A DNA stretch of 64,000 nt from Octopus sinensis (GCF_006345805.1 NC_043013.1:13144001-13208000), one strand, 5' to 3'; numbered from the stretch's first letter, positions 41,370-54,161 are shown. The notes: generated by a model not told the origin, from the letters alone. Translations and numbers: made by a program.

Positions 41370-42503
41370 AAGAGGGAGCCTCTCTCGGCAACAAGACAAA
41401 CAAAAATTTCGATGATTGCCTACATGGTAAACAAAGCGATAATGAGTGTTTTTTTTTTTTTAAACCGTTAGAAGAATAGACGTCAAAAATAGATAGTAGG
41501 AAGAGAAGGGATAAAGTAGTGGTAGTTAGGGAACAGTATGTTTGCTGTATGCATGGAAATGTGTGGGTGTGTGCTTGTGTTAATGAGTGTGTGTTTGTGT
41601 GTGTGTGTATGTGTGTGTGTATAACTGCATTTGTGTCTCTGTGTGTGATTGTGTGTGTGAAGAGAGCGAGACAGACGTCAGAGATAGATAGTCGGAAGAG
41701 AAGGTATAAAATGAATAATACGTAGGGAACAATTGGAGAGGGAAGGGTACATTGATTGAAAGAATGTTCGAGGCTTAGGAAAGAGAATTTCTATATAGCA
41801 GTAGGGTGGACGCGTAAGCTAATTGTTCAAACCACAGTGACTATCGTTATCATTTATATGAGTAGAAAGTGTGTTTCTGCCAAGTTTACATTTGTACCGA
41901 GTTTTTCTATGAGTGTGTTTACTAGGGGAACCTTAGAGAAAATAATATGGAAGAGTTCAGAGTACAAATGTTACAAAATCTCCTGCCCTTATCAAAAGGA
42001 AAGGATACAGACAGTATGAACCAATCTAACTTGAAAATTATATTGTTGTCTTTGAGACGCCAAACTAATTTATTAGCCCTGTGCTATGTCGTTTTTTACT
42101 ATCCCTGAAGTTGAGTAGTGGTTTGAAATTCTTTGGATAACTGGGAAGTGGACGCTCCTATATAGAAGAAGACATCGGTACCAGAAGAAATTCTACACTG
42201 GTACATAGAATTCTTAATCTTAGAATATAGACAAAAATTTAATTTCTGTTGGTGTTGTCCTCCGAGATCGAGACGAAGTTTTTATTGTTATGATTGTTGT
42301 TACCATTATTATTAGCGCTAACAACTACACTATTTCTATTATTAGTAGTATTATTAATGGCATTACAACCAGTAATACCACCGACAATATACCGTTATTG
42401 TTGTTACCATCAACACTACCTTGTTATTAACACGACTAATACTATTATTAATATTATCATTGTTAACACTTTCGCGCTGCTACTATTAATACTATTCCTA
42501 TTA

Positions 42504-42700
42504 TTATGATTGTATATGGGTTGGAATTGGCAAGATTAGTGTTGGAACTCCCGGGTGAAGAATCTTGTTTAACAGCTTGTTATTGTGAGAAGATATAATT
42601 TGTGAAAGATTCCTAGTGTTAGAGAAAGCTATTCTGACCTTGTGGGAATTGATAATAGAATGATATCTAGAATTTCTGGGGAAAGTTCCTAGCAAGGCTT
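42504..42700 (-). mobile_element. Penelope-like element fragment
   Basis: FPRNSRYHSIINSHKVRIAFSNTRNLSQIISSHNNKLL resembles the PLE linker F.....K.SYS...N...II..HN.K.L. Confidence 0.6.
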
Positions 42701-42795
42701 CACGGAACTGCTTAAGGGAGCGTTCGATTAATTTGTTTTCCGAAAGGTATTACAAACCAGATAAATATATAATATATATATATATATATTTATAA

Positions 42796-43220
42796 ATGAT
42801 TGCCATCTGTTCGTGACCAAGGAAGATCATTGTTGACCTTCAGGAACATTGTGCGCTCTAGGACAAACTTTTATTTTGCATTTACAGTTCGTTGGTGGCA
42901 CAAGAGCCTTGCTCTTGTAAGTATATACGACTGCAAACATTGCAAACCAACCTTTCCCCATTCACTACGCTAGCAATACGCTTTTGAGCAGCGTGTTTAA
43001 ATTCTTCATGAAGAATACGTACCCTTTCTAAAGAGAGGTTATATGGAGAACTTGTTAGTGGAAAGAGACCCTGACCAGAAACCAAGGCTGCGATTTAAGG
43101 ACTGTCAAGTCCTCATTAAGGCTTGTGATATGCAGGAGACCGACTGGGTGAGCAATGCTTGTCATCGCCACAGATGGAGGAGACAGGTTAAGGAGGGGTC
43201 GATACCTTTGAAGAGCACGT
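42796..43220 (-). mobile_element. 5'-truncated RTE LINE with an inverted upstream segment
   Basis: 42796-43028 minus: RILHEEFKH..CNVCSRIY zinc finger and tail; 43028-43220 plus: LYGELVSGKRP..PRLRFKD..WRRQVKEG. Confidence 0.75.
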
Positions 43221-43239
43221 GTATATATATATATATATG

Positions 43240-43275
<36 letters not shown>

Positions 43276-43875
43276 TGTATGTATGTATGTATGTATGTAT
43301 CAGATTAGAACAAGAACACATTTGCTACTTTTTAATTACATATCATCCGTGCTTCGTTACAAGATAAGAGTTACTTAGCTTAAACTGTTGAAAATCTCTA
43401 TCTGTAATTCTTCTGACTAACATTAAGAAATAATACAAATTTACACTTTGTTATCTGTGTAGTGTGCTCTGTTTTATATTTAATTAAGGTAATTTTCTTT
43501 CATTGAATGTACGTGAATTCACCAGCTTTCTGAGATTCATGAGAATGAGAGAGAGAGAGAGAGAGAGTGAGAGAGAAAAGTCTGCATGTCTCTGGATTAG
43601 ACGTTCATTGAATACTTCTAGTTAATCAGTCACGTGGATATTTTTTCATATGTTTCAGGATATCTGTGTGTAGCAACTATAACATCCCATATATGAGAAT
43701 TACATATATTTTGGGTTTCACCTGAGCTTAATAGCAGGTTTTTGAAGTTGATGAGATGAAATATTCTTTGGTTCTGAAGTGGAAAACTAGTCTATTCAAT
43801 ATCAATTTTATTATGCAAAATATTAGCACTAAGAGAGCTCTTGGTCAATTCAAAATTGTTGAATCTATCAATCAG

Positions 43876-44093
43876 TATGTACCAGCTTTCTTAAGATTGC
43901 TTTTGAAACTAGGAGTTGAGATATATCAATATTATTCTGATGGAGCTCATTGCACCTTACCATTGACAACTTTGACACTGCACTATATGTACCAGCTTTT
44001 CTTAAGATTGCTTTTGAAACTAGGAGTTGAGATATATCAATATTATTCTGATGGAGCTCATTGCACCTTACCATTGACAACTTTGACACTGCA
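43876..44093. repeat. 110 bp near-perfect tandem duplication
   Basis: TATGTACCAGCTTT...GACACTGCA at 43876 and 43986. Confidence 0.95.
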
Positions 44094-44984
44094 TCTATTG
44101 TCAAAGGAGCCAACAAATATGGAGTTGTATTGGTGTAGAGGTCTGACGTTTACAATACTGAAGTCTGGCATCTCAGCAACCATCTTTCCTGTATCAGACA
44201 TCTAATAATTATATCCATTCAACCAATAATTTGTCTTTGTCACAGTTCAAAGAACCGTAATATTTTTGTGTGTGGTTGTGTGTGTGTACGTGTTTTATAA
44301 GTGACTGTATTTTATACTCTCCAGTGTTGTTGGCAAAAAATGTGGGGTTGATAGATGTTGCTTTACTTTCAATCTATTTAGGGGCCATGTTTCTTACTAA
44401 TTTAAGTAGAACTGTGTTAATTTGCAGCACTGTCTGTAAAGTCCTGGGAAGATGTGAGTGTTTATTAGTGTGCATATGAAGTTGACTATGTGTATTGAGT
44501 TGAATAGGAAGAGATTGAAACTTGTAGGAGAGAATGCATGCCCAACTGATTCCATATGGAAATTAGTATCTGAAAGTGTTGTTCTTGTACACTACATAGA
44601 CATGGCAGCTTGATAGATTGTTGGCTCACCAGCATTTTGTATTGTCGCCTGGAGAGGGAGGAGAGAGATTGCAATATTTCCAGACGCTATACTACGTACC
44701 ATACATTTTGTAATTGAATGTCATAGTTAAATGTACGGTAATGTAGGATACAGCCTAACCACCTGTATAGTTAATCGAGTTATTCAGTAAACAACCACCA
44801 TCCTCAATGACGGGTGTAGTAGTTTTATAGTTAGCTGTAACAAGGATAAAGGTGATGCCTTATATAGAAACACTACTACAAAGGTACCAAACTGCTAGAC
44901 CAGGTCATGAAAGTTACTGAGAAGGTTATAATTCAGTTGATTAGGTAGAATTAGACTAGATGTGATGCAGTTTTGTTTTGTACC

Positions 44985-46030
44985 TGCCGCAGATATCATG
45001 TTCCAAGTGAAACAGCTGCAGGAAACGTATTTGGCCAAAATTAACTTTCATTGACCTGGAGAAAGCTTTCGACAGATACCCCACTCTGTTATCTGCTGGT
45101 GTCTAAGGAAGTTAGGAATTGATCAGTGACTCGTTAAAGATGCACAAGCCATGTAAGTGATGCAGTCAGTAGGTGAAGTCGGCCATGAATACAGTGAGGA
45201 ACTTAGCATACAAGTAGGGGTTCACCAATGTTCAGTTCTCAGCCCACACTTTTTCATTATAGTCCTCCAGACCATAACTGAGGAATCAAAGCTGGATGCT
45301 AAAGAAAACTAATATACGCTGATGATCTTGGTCTTCTGGCCGAATCAATAGTAGAACTAGAGAAGAAATTTCAGGTACAGAAGAAAAACCTAGAATCAAA
45401 GGCCTTAAAGTTAACCTAGTAAAGAGCAAAGTTGTTGTTAACAAGAAAGCAGATAAGACTCTATTTCCATCATTTAAATTGGTCACTTTGTAGGAAAGGA
45501 GTGGGAAGTAATACCATTCATTGCATCCAGTGTAAGCCAGGGACACATAAGAGGCGTAGTGGAATCAGAGGTAGATTAACAAATAAAGTCTTCGTATATG
45601 ACATGTGCAGGAACAATAATCTCTAAAAGCACAGGGGACTTGGACTCTCTCAAATGCGCAGGAGGCTCTCTTGTGGTTGTAGATATTTTCTGTTACCTAG
45701 GTGACCAAATTAGCAATGCTCTGAAAATATGTTTTCAAAATAAGAATAGGATGGAGGAAGTTCAGAGAACTATTACTTCTGTTGACAAGAAAAGGACTCT
45801 CTCTTTCTCAGAGTTAAAATAGATTAAATGATGCTTGTGTGCGAATGGCTATACTCCATGGTAGCGAGACATGGGCTATGAATGGCTATGAATATAGACA
45901 ACATGCGTAGACTGGGGAAAAGTGCAATATCAGTGTGCATATATGACAAAGTGCAAATGTATTGAGAGAAAAGTTGGGCATAAGATGAAGCAAATGCAGC
46001 ATGCAATTTCATGCCTTGCACCTAGAGTAG
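44985..46030 (+). mobile_element. Degenerate RTE LINE RT fragment
   Basis: QLQETYLAK..IDLEKAFDR, QVGVHQCSVLSP, YADDL, CIQCK..HKRRSGIRGRL. Confidence 0.8.
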
Positions 46031-46646
46031 AAACGAACATTAGCCATATGGATTCTGTGGATCTAGTTGAATTGCAAAGTATCTATGAAACTGCCAAGTT
46101 TGATTCTTATCCTAAATGGCTGAGCCCTCATTGGACATAATTTTACAGAAACACTAAATATACATGGATATGATTTGATATATTTATTTAATAACCTATT
46201 TTATATTGGTACAGTTGTAAATGTATATGTGTGAGGGAGTTTGTGAATAGATCTGTTTTTTAAGGTTTGATTCCTTATCTTTGTCACTTGCCTCTGTCAC
46301 ATAGCGTTTTCTCCACCTTTTCTTCCACTCTTAGGAATTTTCATCACATTTCTACTTGTCTTTCTTTGAGAAATTACCTCTTTCTAAATTCTTACCTTTA
46401 TTCTTTGCTTACCTCTCACCCTTCATCTCTGACTGAATCAATTTCTCTTGGTATAACTTTTCAAATGCCATATAATTCCTTAAATTTTAGTTCCTTTTAC
46501 ATTTCCTTTATTCCATTTCATACAAAGACAATTTTTCTTCTATTCATCGCTCAGTTAAAAGATAAAGACTGAAATATTATACATAAGACGCATCTTGATA
46601 AATTCACTTTACTAATCTGAAATTTTCTCATTTGCTGATTTTGCAG

Positions 46647-46674
46647 ATCACTTGATATATTTTGGCGAAAAATT
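46647..46674 (+). CDS. Candidate 28 bp microexon
   Basis: ttgctgattttgcag|ATCACTTGATATATTTTGGCGAAAAATT|gtaagt; SLDIFWRKI in phase 2 to 0 joins exon 59595 in frame. Confidence 0.35.
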
Positions 46675-46941
46675 GTAAGTCTTTTTAAATTCCTATATTT
46701 TATTTTCGCTTGATCTGTTTGCATGAATTCTGATGACTACTTTGTGAGAATTTCATCAATGAATTTATATAAAACGAATGTTGTATATCTTGTTTATGAA
46801 TATTTTATATATTTTCACACATTGGTACAAGTTATTATTTTTTATTCTGATACACAAAACTATTATTCATCAGACTAGAAGAGCCATCTATTATTTTTCC
46901 AATTAGTAGAACTGTCTTATTGGTAGATCTATATATCTTTA

Positions 46942-47332
46942 TCTTTACTTGTTTCAGTCATTTGACTGCGGCCATGCTGGAGCACTGCCTTTAGTTGAGC
47001 AAATCGACCCCGGGACTTATTCTTTGTAAGCCCAGTACTTATTCTATTGGTCTCTTTTGCCGAACCGCTAAGTGACGGGGACGTAAACACACCAGCATCG
47101 GTTTGTCAAGCAATGCTAGGGAGACAAACACACAAACACACCACACATATATATATATATATATATATATACGACAGGCTTCTTTCAGTTTCCGTCTACC
47201 AAATCCACTCACAAGGCATTGTCGGCCGGGGCTATAGCAGAAGACACTTGCCCAAGATGCCACGCAGTGGGACTGAACCCGGAGCCATGTGGTTGGTTAG
47301 CAAGCTACTTACCACACAGCCACTCCTGCGCC
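46942..47332 (-). mobile_element. tRNA-headed SINE, full length, relatively young
   Basis: Reverse complement begins GGCGCAGGAGTGGCTGTGTGGTAAG...GGGTTCAGTCCC and ends ...GTAAAGAT. Confidence 0.9.
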
Positions 47333-47494
47333 TGTGTTATATATTTTATATATTTACAGTAGGCTTCTATTTATTATAACATTATGGCCAGTGTAGTAGT
47401 TTTCCTTTTAGTATGGTTGGATACTGCTTTTAGTATTTGCAGCTACTATATCACATATTAGTAGAGCCATAAATATATATGTTTATATATATAT

Positions 47495-47555
<61 letters not shown>

Positions 47556-47556
47556 A

Positions 47557-47608
<52 letters not shown>

Positions 47609-47938
47609 CATTATTATTATATTATTATTATTATTTCTATTTTTGAGATCAGTTATTTTATGTCACTTTGAAAAGTATATCTATCAAACAAGTGACTAGT
47701 GTCGCCATCTCTAGCCAAACAGTTATTCTATGTTGATGAAGGGAAATAAACCTGAAAGCATTGATACATAGATATTGCTCTGAGCTGAGTGAGGACACTA
47801 AGCTCCCTTGTTTGAAAGGGAATAGTGCGTCATTAGCCAGCTGGAGACCATGTTTCCTGTGGCTAAATAACAGTAACATTCGTCCAAATCAGGATTGTCA
47901 CATTATGTTCGTAAAAAATCTTTACACACACACACATA

Positions 47939-48002
<64 letters not shown>

Positions 48003-48008
<6 letters not shown>

Positions 48009-51000
48009 TGTCACCATCATCATTTAATGTCCATTGTCCATGATGGCGTGAGTTGAACGGTTTTATCAGTGCTGGCAAGCTGGAGAGTTGCATCAGATTC
48101 CAGTCTGATTTGGCATGTTTTCTACAGCTGGATGTCCTTCCTAACACCAACCACTTTACAGAGTGTGATGGGTGCTTTTACGTGGAACTGCACAAGCATG
48201 TTTACCTGGCACCAGCACAGGACTCTTGTAGAACACTCGTCTCTTTCGGGGGAAGCGACTTCATCACTTCTGATGAGGGGGGAGGGGGGTCTTCCTAAGT
48301 ACAATAAGGTGCCAGGCATCTAGGTCCTTTGTTATCTCGTCTGAAAATTTAAACCTCCTGAGGTCATTCTTCAGTACTTCATCCCATGTGTACCTGGTCC
48401 TCCCACTTCCACGTGTTCCATCAATTATAAGAGATCGACACTTCTTTATGGAGCTGTCAGTATCCATTTGCATCATATGACCAAACCAGCACACTCTTTG
48501 TCTTGTGTAATCCATCTAATTCTTCTTATGCCTAACTTCTCTCTCAAAACACTAGGACTGATGAACATGTACACTTATATTTTACATCCAGTGGGGCATA
48601 CTTGCCTCATTCCTCTCAAACCTTCACATGTCCTTTGCATTTAAGACCCACATCTCACTACCATGTATTTACTCTCCATGTACACGCATCATACAGTCTA
48701 CCTTTTACTCGGAGAGAGAAACCTTTCCTAGCCAACTGAGGTAAAATCTCACTGAATGTCCTCCATCCTATTCATATTCTAACCATCACACACTTTGTGC
48801 ATCCCCTCACAACTAATTTGATCTGATAGGCATCAGAAATTACTACTTCTAACAGGCCTCCACAGCATTTGGAAGAATCAATTTCCTGAGTCTCAGTAAT
48901 TTTTATGGATCCTGTACATCTTCTATATACAAACACGTCTGCCTCCAATAAACTTCCTATTAATCTACTGCACCTCATGTGTGGTCCATTGCTTACACTG
49001 AGTGCAGCATATGAAGTTCTTGCCTACACTTTTCCTACAAATCGAGCAGGGCCACCTACCTGAAGTGTGTAGCGTCCTGACTGTTTTCTCGCTTACTAAG
49101 ATCTTAGTCTTTGCTAAGATTACCGTAAATCCTTTAGTTTTCAGGTTTTGCTACCACACTTGTAATTTCTCTTCCAGCTCTGATATGGAATCTGCTATAA
49201 AGGCAAGATCACCAACATATAGCAACTCCCAGGGGTGGTCGGTTTTGAATTCCTTTGTTATGGCATGGAGGACAATGATGCAAAGGAGGAGACTGAGGAA
49301 TGTGCCTTGATGAACACCAACCTTTACATCAATTCTTCACTATACTCGTGGTTAACTCTCACCTTACTAATAGCATCTCTGTACTTAGCCTGTGCAGCGT
49401 TCCCAAGCCACTCATCTATCACTCAATTCCTCAGAACCCACCATATTACACAGCAGAGTATTCTATCGAAGACTCTGTCTAAATCAACCAATGCCAAATG
49501 TATTAGTTTATTCTTAGCTAAGTACTTCTCTTGGAGTTTTCCTGACTAAGAAAATAACATCGGTAGTGCTTCTTCCCCGGAAGAAACCAAACAGCATTTA
49601 GTCTAGGCTAATTCAGCTCCTAATTAATAGGGCTATAATTCTCTTCGTAATTTTCCTCGCCTGGTCTAGGAGTGTGATGCCTCTATAATTGCTTCTATCT
49701 AAAGCATAACCCTTACCCTTGTAGCAGCTAACAATAAAGCTGCTATGCCAGTCACTGAGCATTACACCCTCCTGAATGACCTGACTAAATATGTGGGTGA
49801 CAAGTCCATATCCTACCTTACCGGATAATTTGAGTATCTAGTCAGTAATTCCGGATGGACCAGTTTACATGCCTTTAATTGCTTTCTGTACCATACTGCT
49901 GTTGACAAGGATAGCTGGCCCTTCTGTTGGGTTCATGTGTGGGAGATTCCTTTATCCTATTCATTCTCCGCATTCACAACTCTTGCATAGTAACTTTTCC
50001 ATGTATCCTTCTTGTTCACATTATCCATCCATACACACGTCTCTCCCACATTGTCTCGATTCTTTCTGGCTCATTGTCTAGCAATCCAGAACATTTACAG
50101 TCTCTAGTCTTTTCTACTTCTACCCTTGCTAGATACCTGATGTTTAGCTTTCTGATATGATTCTTTGCCACCCTTTCTTTTCCACTCTCTCTAGACCCAT
50201 CTCTTCTGTTTTATGGCCATGGCAATGTCACTATTCTACACCACATATATCTATCATCATTGGTCTGGATGAGGCTTTGTCACCAACCAAAAACTTGGTC
50301 TGTTGCTCTTCCGTAGGAACTTCCAGTTGTTCTCTGTGTCATGTCTTTGCCGCTTCTTCTTTCTCAACAAAGGCCTCATTAAGGACATATCTAAATTTTT
50401 GCCCTCTTGGAGGATCCTTAAGCTTCTACAACCTTTTTTTGATATTGGCTTGTGTCTCTGGATCTTTCTGTCCCAAAGCCTGAAGTCCCAAAGCCTGTAC
50501 ATTCTTCACCTTGATAAGATTTTGCATTTATGAGCATATATCTATCCCTGTGTCTGGTGAGGATGTAGTCAATCTGACTGGTGTAACCCCCAGATTGATA
50601 AATGGTTGGCTGGTTTTCTGAAGTTAGTGTTACAGACCAGTAAGCCATGAGCATCACAAAACCCCAATAGCCTTGTCTCCTCCTTATTTTCGGTGGTTGG
50701 TGTTAGGAAGGGCATCCAGCTGTAGAAACACTGCCAGATCAGACTGGAGCCTGGTGCAGCCTCCTGGCTTCCCAGACCCCGGTCGAAGCGTCCAACCAAT
50801 GCCAGCATGGAAAACGGACGTTAAACGATGATGATGATATATATATATATATATAACAAGGGCAAACAATATCAATCATACATATCAATCAGAGTGTTTT
50901 CCAACATGTCCATTGAATTCTACTCTCATGAAGAGAATGTCGCTGTCTTTCATCGTCGAGGTAGTCGTTAGAAGGGATTCGTAGAAGTGGTCCTTCTGAG

Positions 51001-51330
51001 TATCTGCGAGTTCCGCGTGTGGAAATAACTAACAATTATCTCAAACAAGGCTATTCTTAGCTTAATAATCCTATCACATACCCTGACTACCTCGATCACC
51101 TTATCCATCCATTTCTCCACTGGTAGAATACCTACGCCACCTATGACTTCATTGTTGCCTACTCTGAAAAATGTGCATCTATGCCCTTTGCTCATAAGCA
51201 GTCTAGCTGAGGATCCCCTTCATCATACCTCTTGGGTACAACATACATTTACATGTTTCCACTTAAGCATCTCGACTATCTCGCCATACCAACCTTTCAT
51301 AGTGCCAACATTGATTGTGATATCTCAGAG
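48003..51330 (-). mobile_element. Degenerate RTE LINE (APE to 3' tail), interrupted at 50690-50850
   Basis: GGVGILPVEKWMDKVIEVVRVCDRIIKL; YQSGGYTSQIDYILTR; WFGHMMQMD..GRTRYTWDEV; (ATG)n tail at 48003. Confidence 0.85.
50690..50840 (+). mobile_element. RTE-type 3' tail repeat nested in the older RTE
   Basis: GTGGTTGGTGTTAGGAAGGGCATCCAGC...GGACGTTAAACGATGATGATGAT; nearly identical to 52950-53097. Confidence 0.85.
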
Positions 51331-51709
51331 CTTCTAGAAATGGGAAGAAGGTTGGGGAAATATTCTGAAAAGAAAAATATTCCTTCTGAAAAGAAAAACA
51401 TTTTAAGGACTAAAGGCCAGGAGGCTGCTGGTCCCTGTGCTTAGTTTCAAAAATATCACAATTACAGTTTCAATTTCCTTTAGTCCAAGAAATCCTTAAT
51501 GGGTACGCATATACATTACAACTAGTTTGGCATTATATGCCTATCAATAGAAATAGCGAGGGAGGGACGATGATAGATGGATAGAGACAGAGAGAGTGAG
51601 AGAGAATGTACCCGTTGAAAAGGCAAAAGAAAAGGGAATACACACACACACACACACACACATCTATATATTATATATATATATATATATATATTCATAC
51701 ATATATAGA

Positions 51710-52580
51710 CGCACTTACGAAGCTCAGGGCTAAAAGCAGAGAGTAAAGGCTTCATATTAGCTGCTCAAGACCAAAGCTTATTAACCTGGAACTATCAAGC
51801 CAATGTGATAAAAAATGGAACTGACCCAAAATGCCAATTCTGTAATGATGAGATTGAAACTATAGACCACCTAATCTTAGGGTGTAGAGTCTTAGCACCT
51901 GTAGAATATAAAGCAAGACATGACAGAGTCAGCCAGTATTTACATTGAACAATATGCCGGCATTATAAAATCAAAACCGCTGACAAATGGTATAAACACC
52001 ATCCTGAAGCTGTGACTGAGGGAGAAAATGTGTCGATTCTATGGGACTTCACCATACATACTGACAAAACTATAAAAGCTAATAAACCGGATATTATTAT
52101 AAAAGATCAGACAAAAAGGATGTGTTTATTAATTGACATGAGTATTCCTTGCGATCAGAATATAGCGGCGAAAGAATTTGACAAGATCAGTAAATATAAA
52201 GACTTGCTAATAGAAATTGAAAAAAATGTGGCATCTCAAGGCGGCTACTGTACCAGTGATTGTAGGATCTCTAGGAATGATAAAAAAAGATACTGAAACC
52301 TATTTGAAAATGATACCAGGCTTATCATCCCTACAGGAATTGCAAAAAATCGTATTAACTGGAACGGCTCATGTACTGAGAAGAGCATTATCGCTGTGAA
52401 AACATCCATTCATGAATTTATTTATTTATTAATTTTTAAATACATATTTTTTACCTGTGAATTTGCATGTGTAATCTGGGAATGCATACAATGAGCTTCT
52501 CTGCCCTAGGTGTGCGGAAAACACTTGGCGAAAACCGGAAGAAAATTTGAAGAAAGAAGGAAAAAATGATAATAATAAAA
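51710..52580 (+). mobile_element. R4/Dong-like RLE non-LTR retrotransposon, 3' portion
   Basis: EGFILAAQDQSL, CQFCNDEIETIDHLILGC, RHD, LWDFTIHTDKTIKANKPDIII, KYKDL, PVIVGSLG, (AAT)n-like tail. Confidence 0.85.
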
Positions 52581-52631
52581 TGACAACAAATAAATGAGAC
52601 CCCCAATATTAGGTAAATAGAGGAATTTATA

Positions 52632-52842
52632 TATGTATAGTTTAGGACAATCAGTAAATTGTCTTAATAGGACTCAGAATGCCAGAGCTAAGCTATTAGA
52701 ATAACTTTCCATATATTCAAACGTTTTTTTATTGCGTCGGTTGTCATCATAGCTGATGAGAATGGATCGTAGTTCTTAGCTCTGGCATTTGAAACTCTGA
52801 GTCCTATTATGACAACATACTGATTGTCCTAAACTATACATA
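52632..52842. repeat. Inverted repeat (about 60-68 bp arms) overlapping a hammerhead motif
   Basis: 52632-52692 is the reverse complement of 52775-52842 with small indels. Confidence 0.85.
52740..52816 (+). ncRNA. Type I hammerhead ribozyme motif, best formed in the window
   Basis: gttgtcatcatag-CTGATGA-G-aatg..catt-T-GAAAC-tctga-GTC-ctattatgacaac; stem I 13 bp with one mismatch. Confidence 0.75.
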
Positions 52843-52879
52843 CATACATACATATGTTTATATATATATGGCACGTAAA

Positions 52880-53093
52880 AAGCACCAACCAATCGTGGCC
52901 GTTGCCAGCCTCCCCAGGCACATAAAAAGCACCCACTACACTCACAGAGTGGTTGGTGTTAGGAAGGGCATCCAGCTGTAGAAACACTGCCAGATCAGAC
53001 TGGAGCCTGGTGCAGCCTCTTGGCTTCCCAGACCCCGGTCGAAGCGTCCAACCCATGCCAGCATGGAAAACAGACGTTAAACGATGATGATGA

Positions 53094-53097
<4 letters not shown>
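52880..53097 (+). mobile_element. RTE-type 3' tail repeat
   Basis: GGCACGTAAAAAGCACC...ACGTTAAACGATGATGATGATGAT. Confidence 0.8.
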
Positions 53098-53126
<29 letters not shown>

Positions 53127-53128
53127 CA

Positions 53129-53200
53129 GGTCTCATGGTGTAATGGTTAGCACTCTGGACTTTGAATCCAGCGATCCGAGTTCATATCTCGGTGAGACCT
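53129..53200 (+). tRNA. tRNA-Gln(TTG)-like gene or SINE head; A58T in the T-loop
   Basis: 72 nt cloverleaf GGTCTCATGGTGTAATGGTTAGCACTCTGGACTTTGAATCCAGCGATCCGAGTTCATATCTCGGTGAGACCT; anticodon 53162-53164; paired acceptor stem; no downstream T-run. Confidence 0.85.
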
Positions 53201-53207
53201 TAAACTT

Positions 53208-53834
53208 GGCCGTTTGCCAGCTCTGTCTGGCCCCGTGTCGGTGGCACATAAAAGCACCATCCGTTTGTGGCCGTTTGCCAGCTCTGTCTGGCCCCGTGTC
53301 GGTGGCACGTAAAAGCACCATCCGTCCGTGTCCGTTGCCAGCCTCGGCTGGCCCCCGTGCCGGTGACACGTAAAAGCACCGTCCGCTCGTGGCCATTTGC
53401 CAGCTCTGTCTGGCAACCGTGTCGGTGGCACGTAAAAGCACCATCCGTTCGCGTCCGTTGCCAGCCTCGGCTGGCCCCGTGCCGGTGACACGTAAAAGCA
53501 CCATCCGTTCGTGGCCGGTTGCCAGCTCTGTCTGGCCCCGTGTCGGTGGCACGTAAAAGCACCATCTGTTCGTGTCCGTTGCCAGCATCGCCTGGCCCCG
53601 TGCCGGTGACACGTAAAAGCACCATCCGTTCGTGGCCGTTCGCCAGCTCTGTCTGGCACCTGTGCAGGTGGCACGTAAAAAACACCCACTACACTCGCGG
53701 AGTGGTTGGCGTTAGGAAGGGCATCCAGCCGTAGAAACACTGCCAGATCTGACTGGGCCTGACGAAGCCTTCCAGCTTCACAGACCCCAGTTGACCCGTC
53801 CAACCCATGCTAGCATGGAAAGCGGACGCTAAAC

Positions 53835-53870
<36 letters not shown>
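53208..53870 (+). repeat. Eight 60-61 bp tandem units followed by RTE-type 3' tail and (GAT)n
   Basis: Units end GGCACGTAAAAGCACCATCCGTTCGT; related to 13700-14030. Confidence 0.9.
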
Positions 53871-54161
53871 ATATATATATATACAAGGGCAAACAATTCG
53901 TGAGAAGAAAAATGTAATTCTCGAAAATTAATTTGCTTAGACATTATTAATTTTGTCATCATCTGGAATGACTATTATAAAAAGGATAATAACAGAATCA
54001 ATAATATAGGCGATTGCAAGCCTTGAAAAAGCATTAAATAGCTGAAGGATTATAATTAGAATTAAGTTATCATCAGTGTTAATTTTTGGCAATTTAAATA
54101 AGAGTTTTCACTGTTATTTCCAGCAGACAGACATACATATATATTCTTTTATTTCTTTTAT

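Noticed and set aside
42888-42916. Exon-like segment with tttacag and gtaagt sites
   Set aside because: It is the antisense of the RTE C-terminal zinc finger
43756-44205. 149 aa ORF with an internal repeat
   Set aside because: Its length comes from the 110 bp tandem duplication; no recognisable domain or splice context
53208-53690. CRISPR-like appearance of regular repeats
   Set aside because: Units are contiguous without unique spacers, in a eukaryotic LINE 3' UTR context
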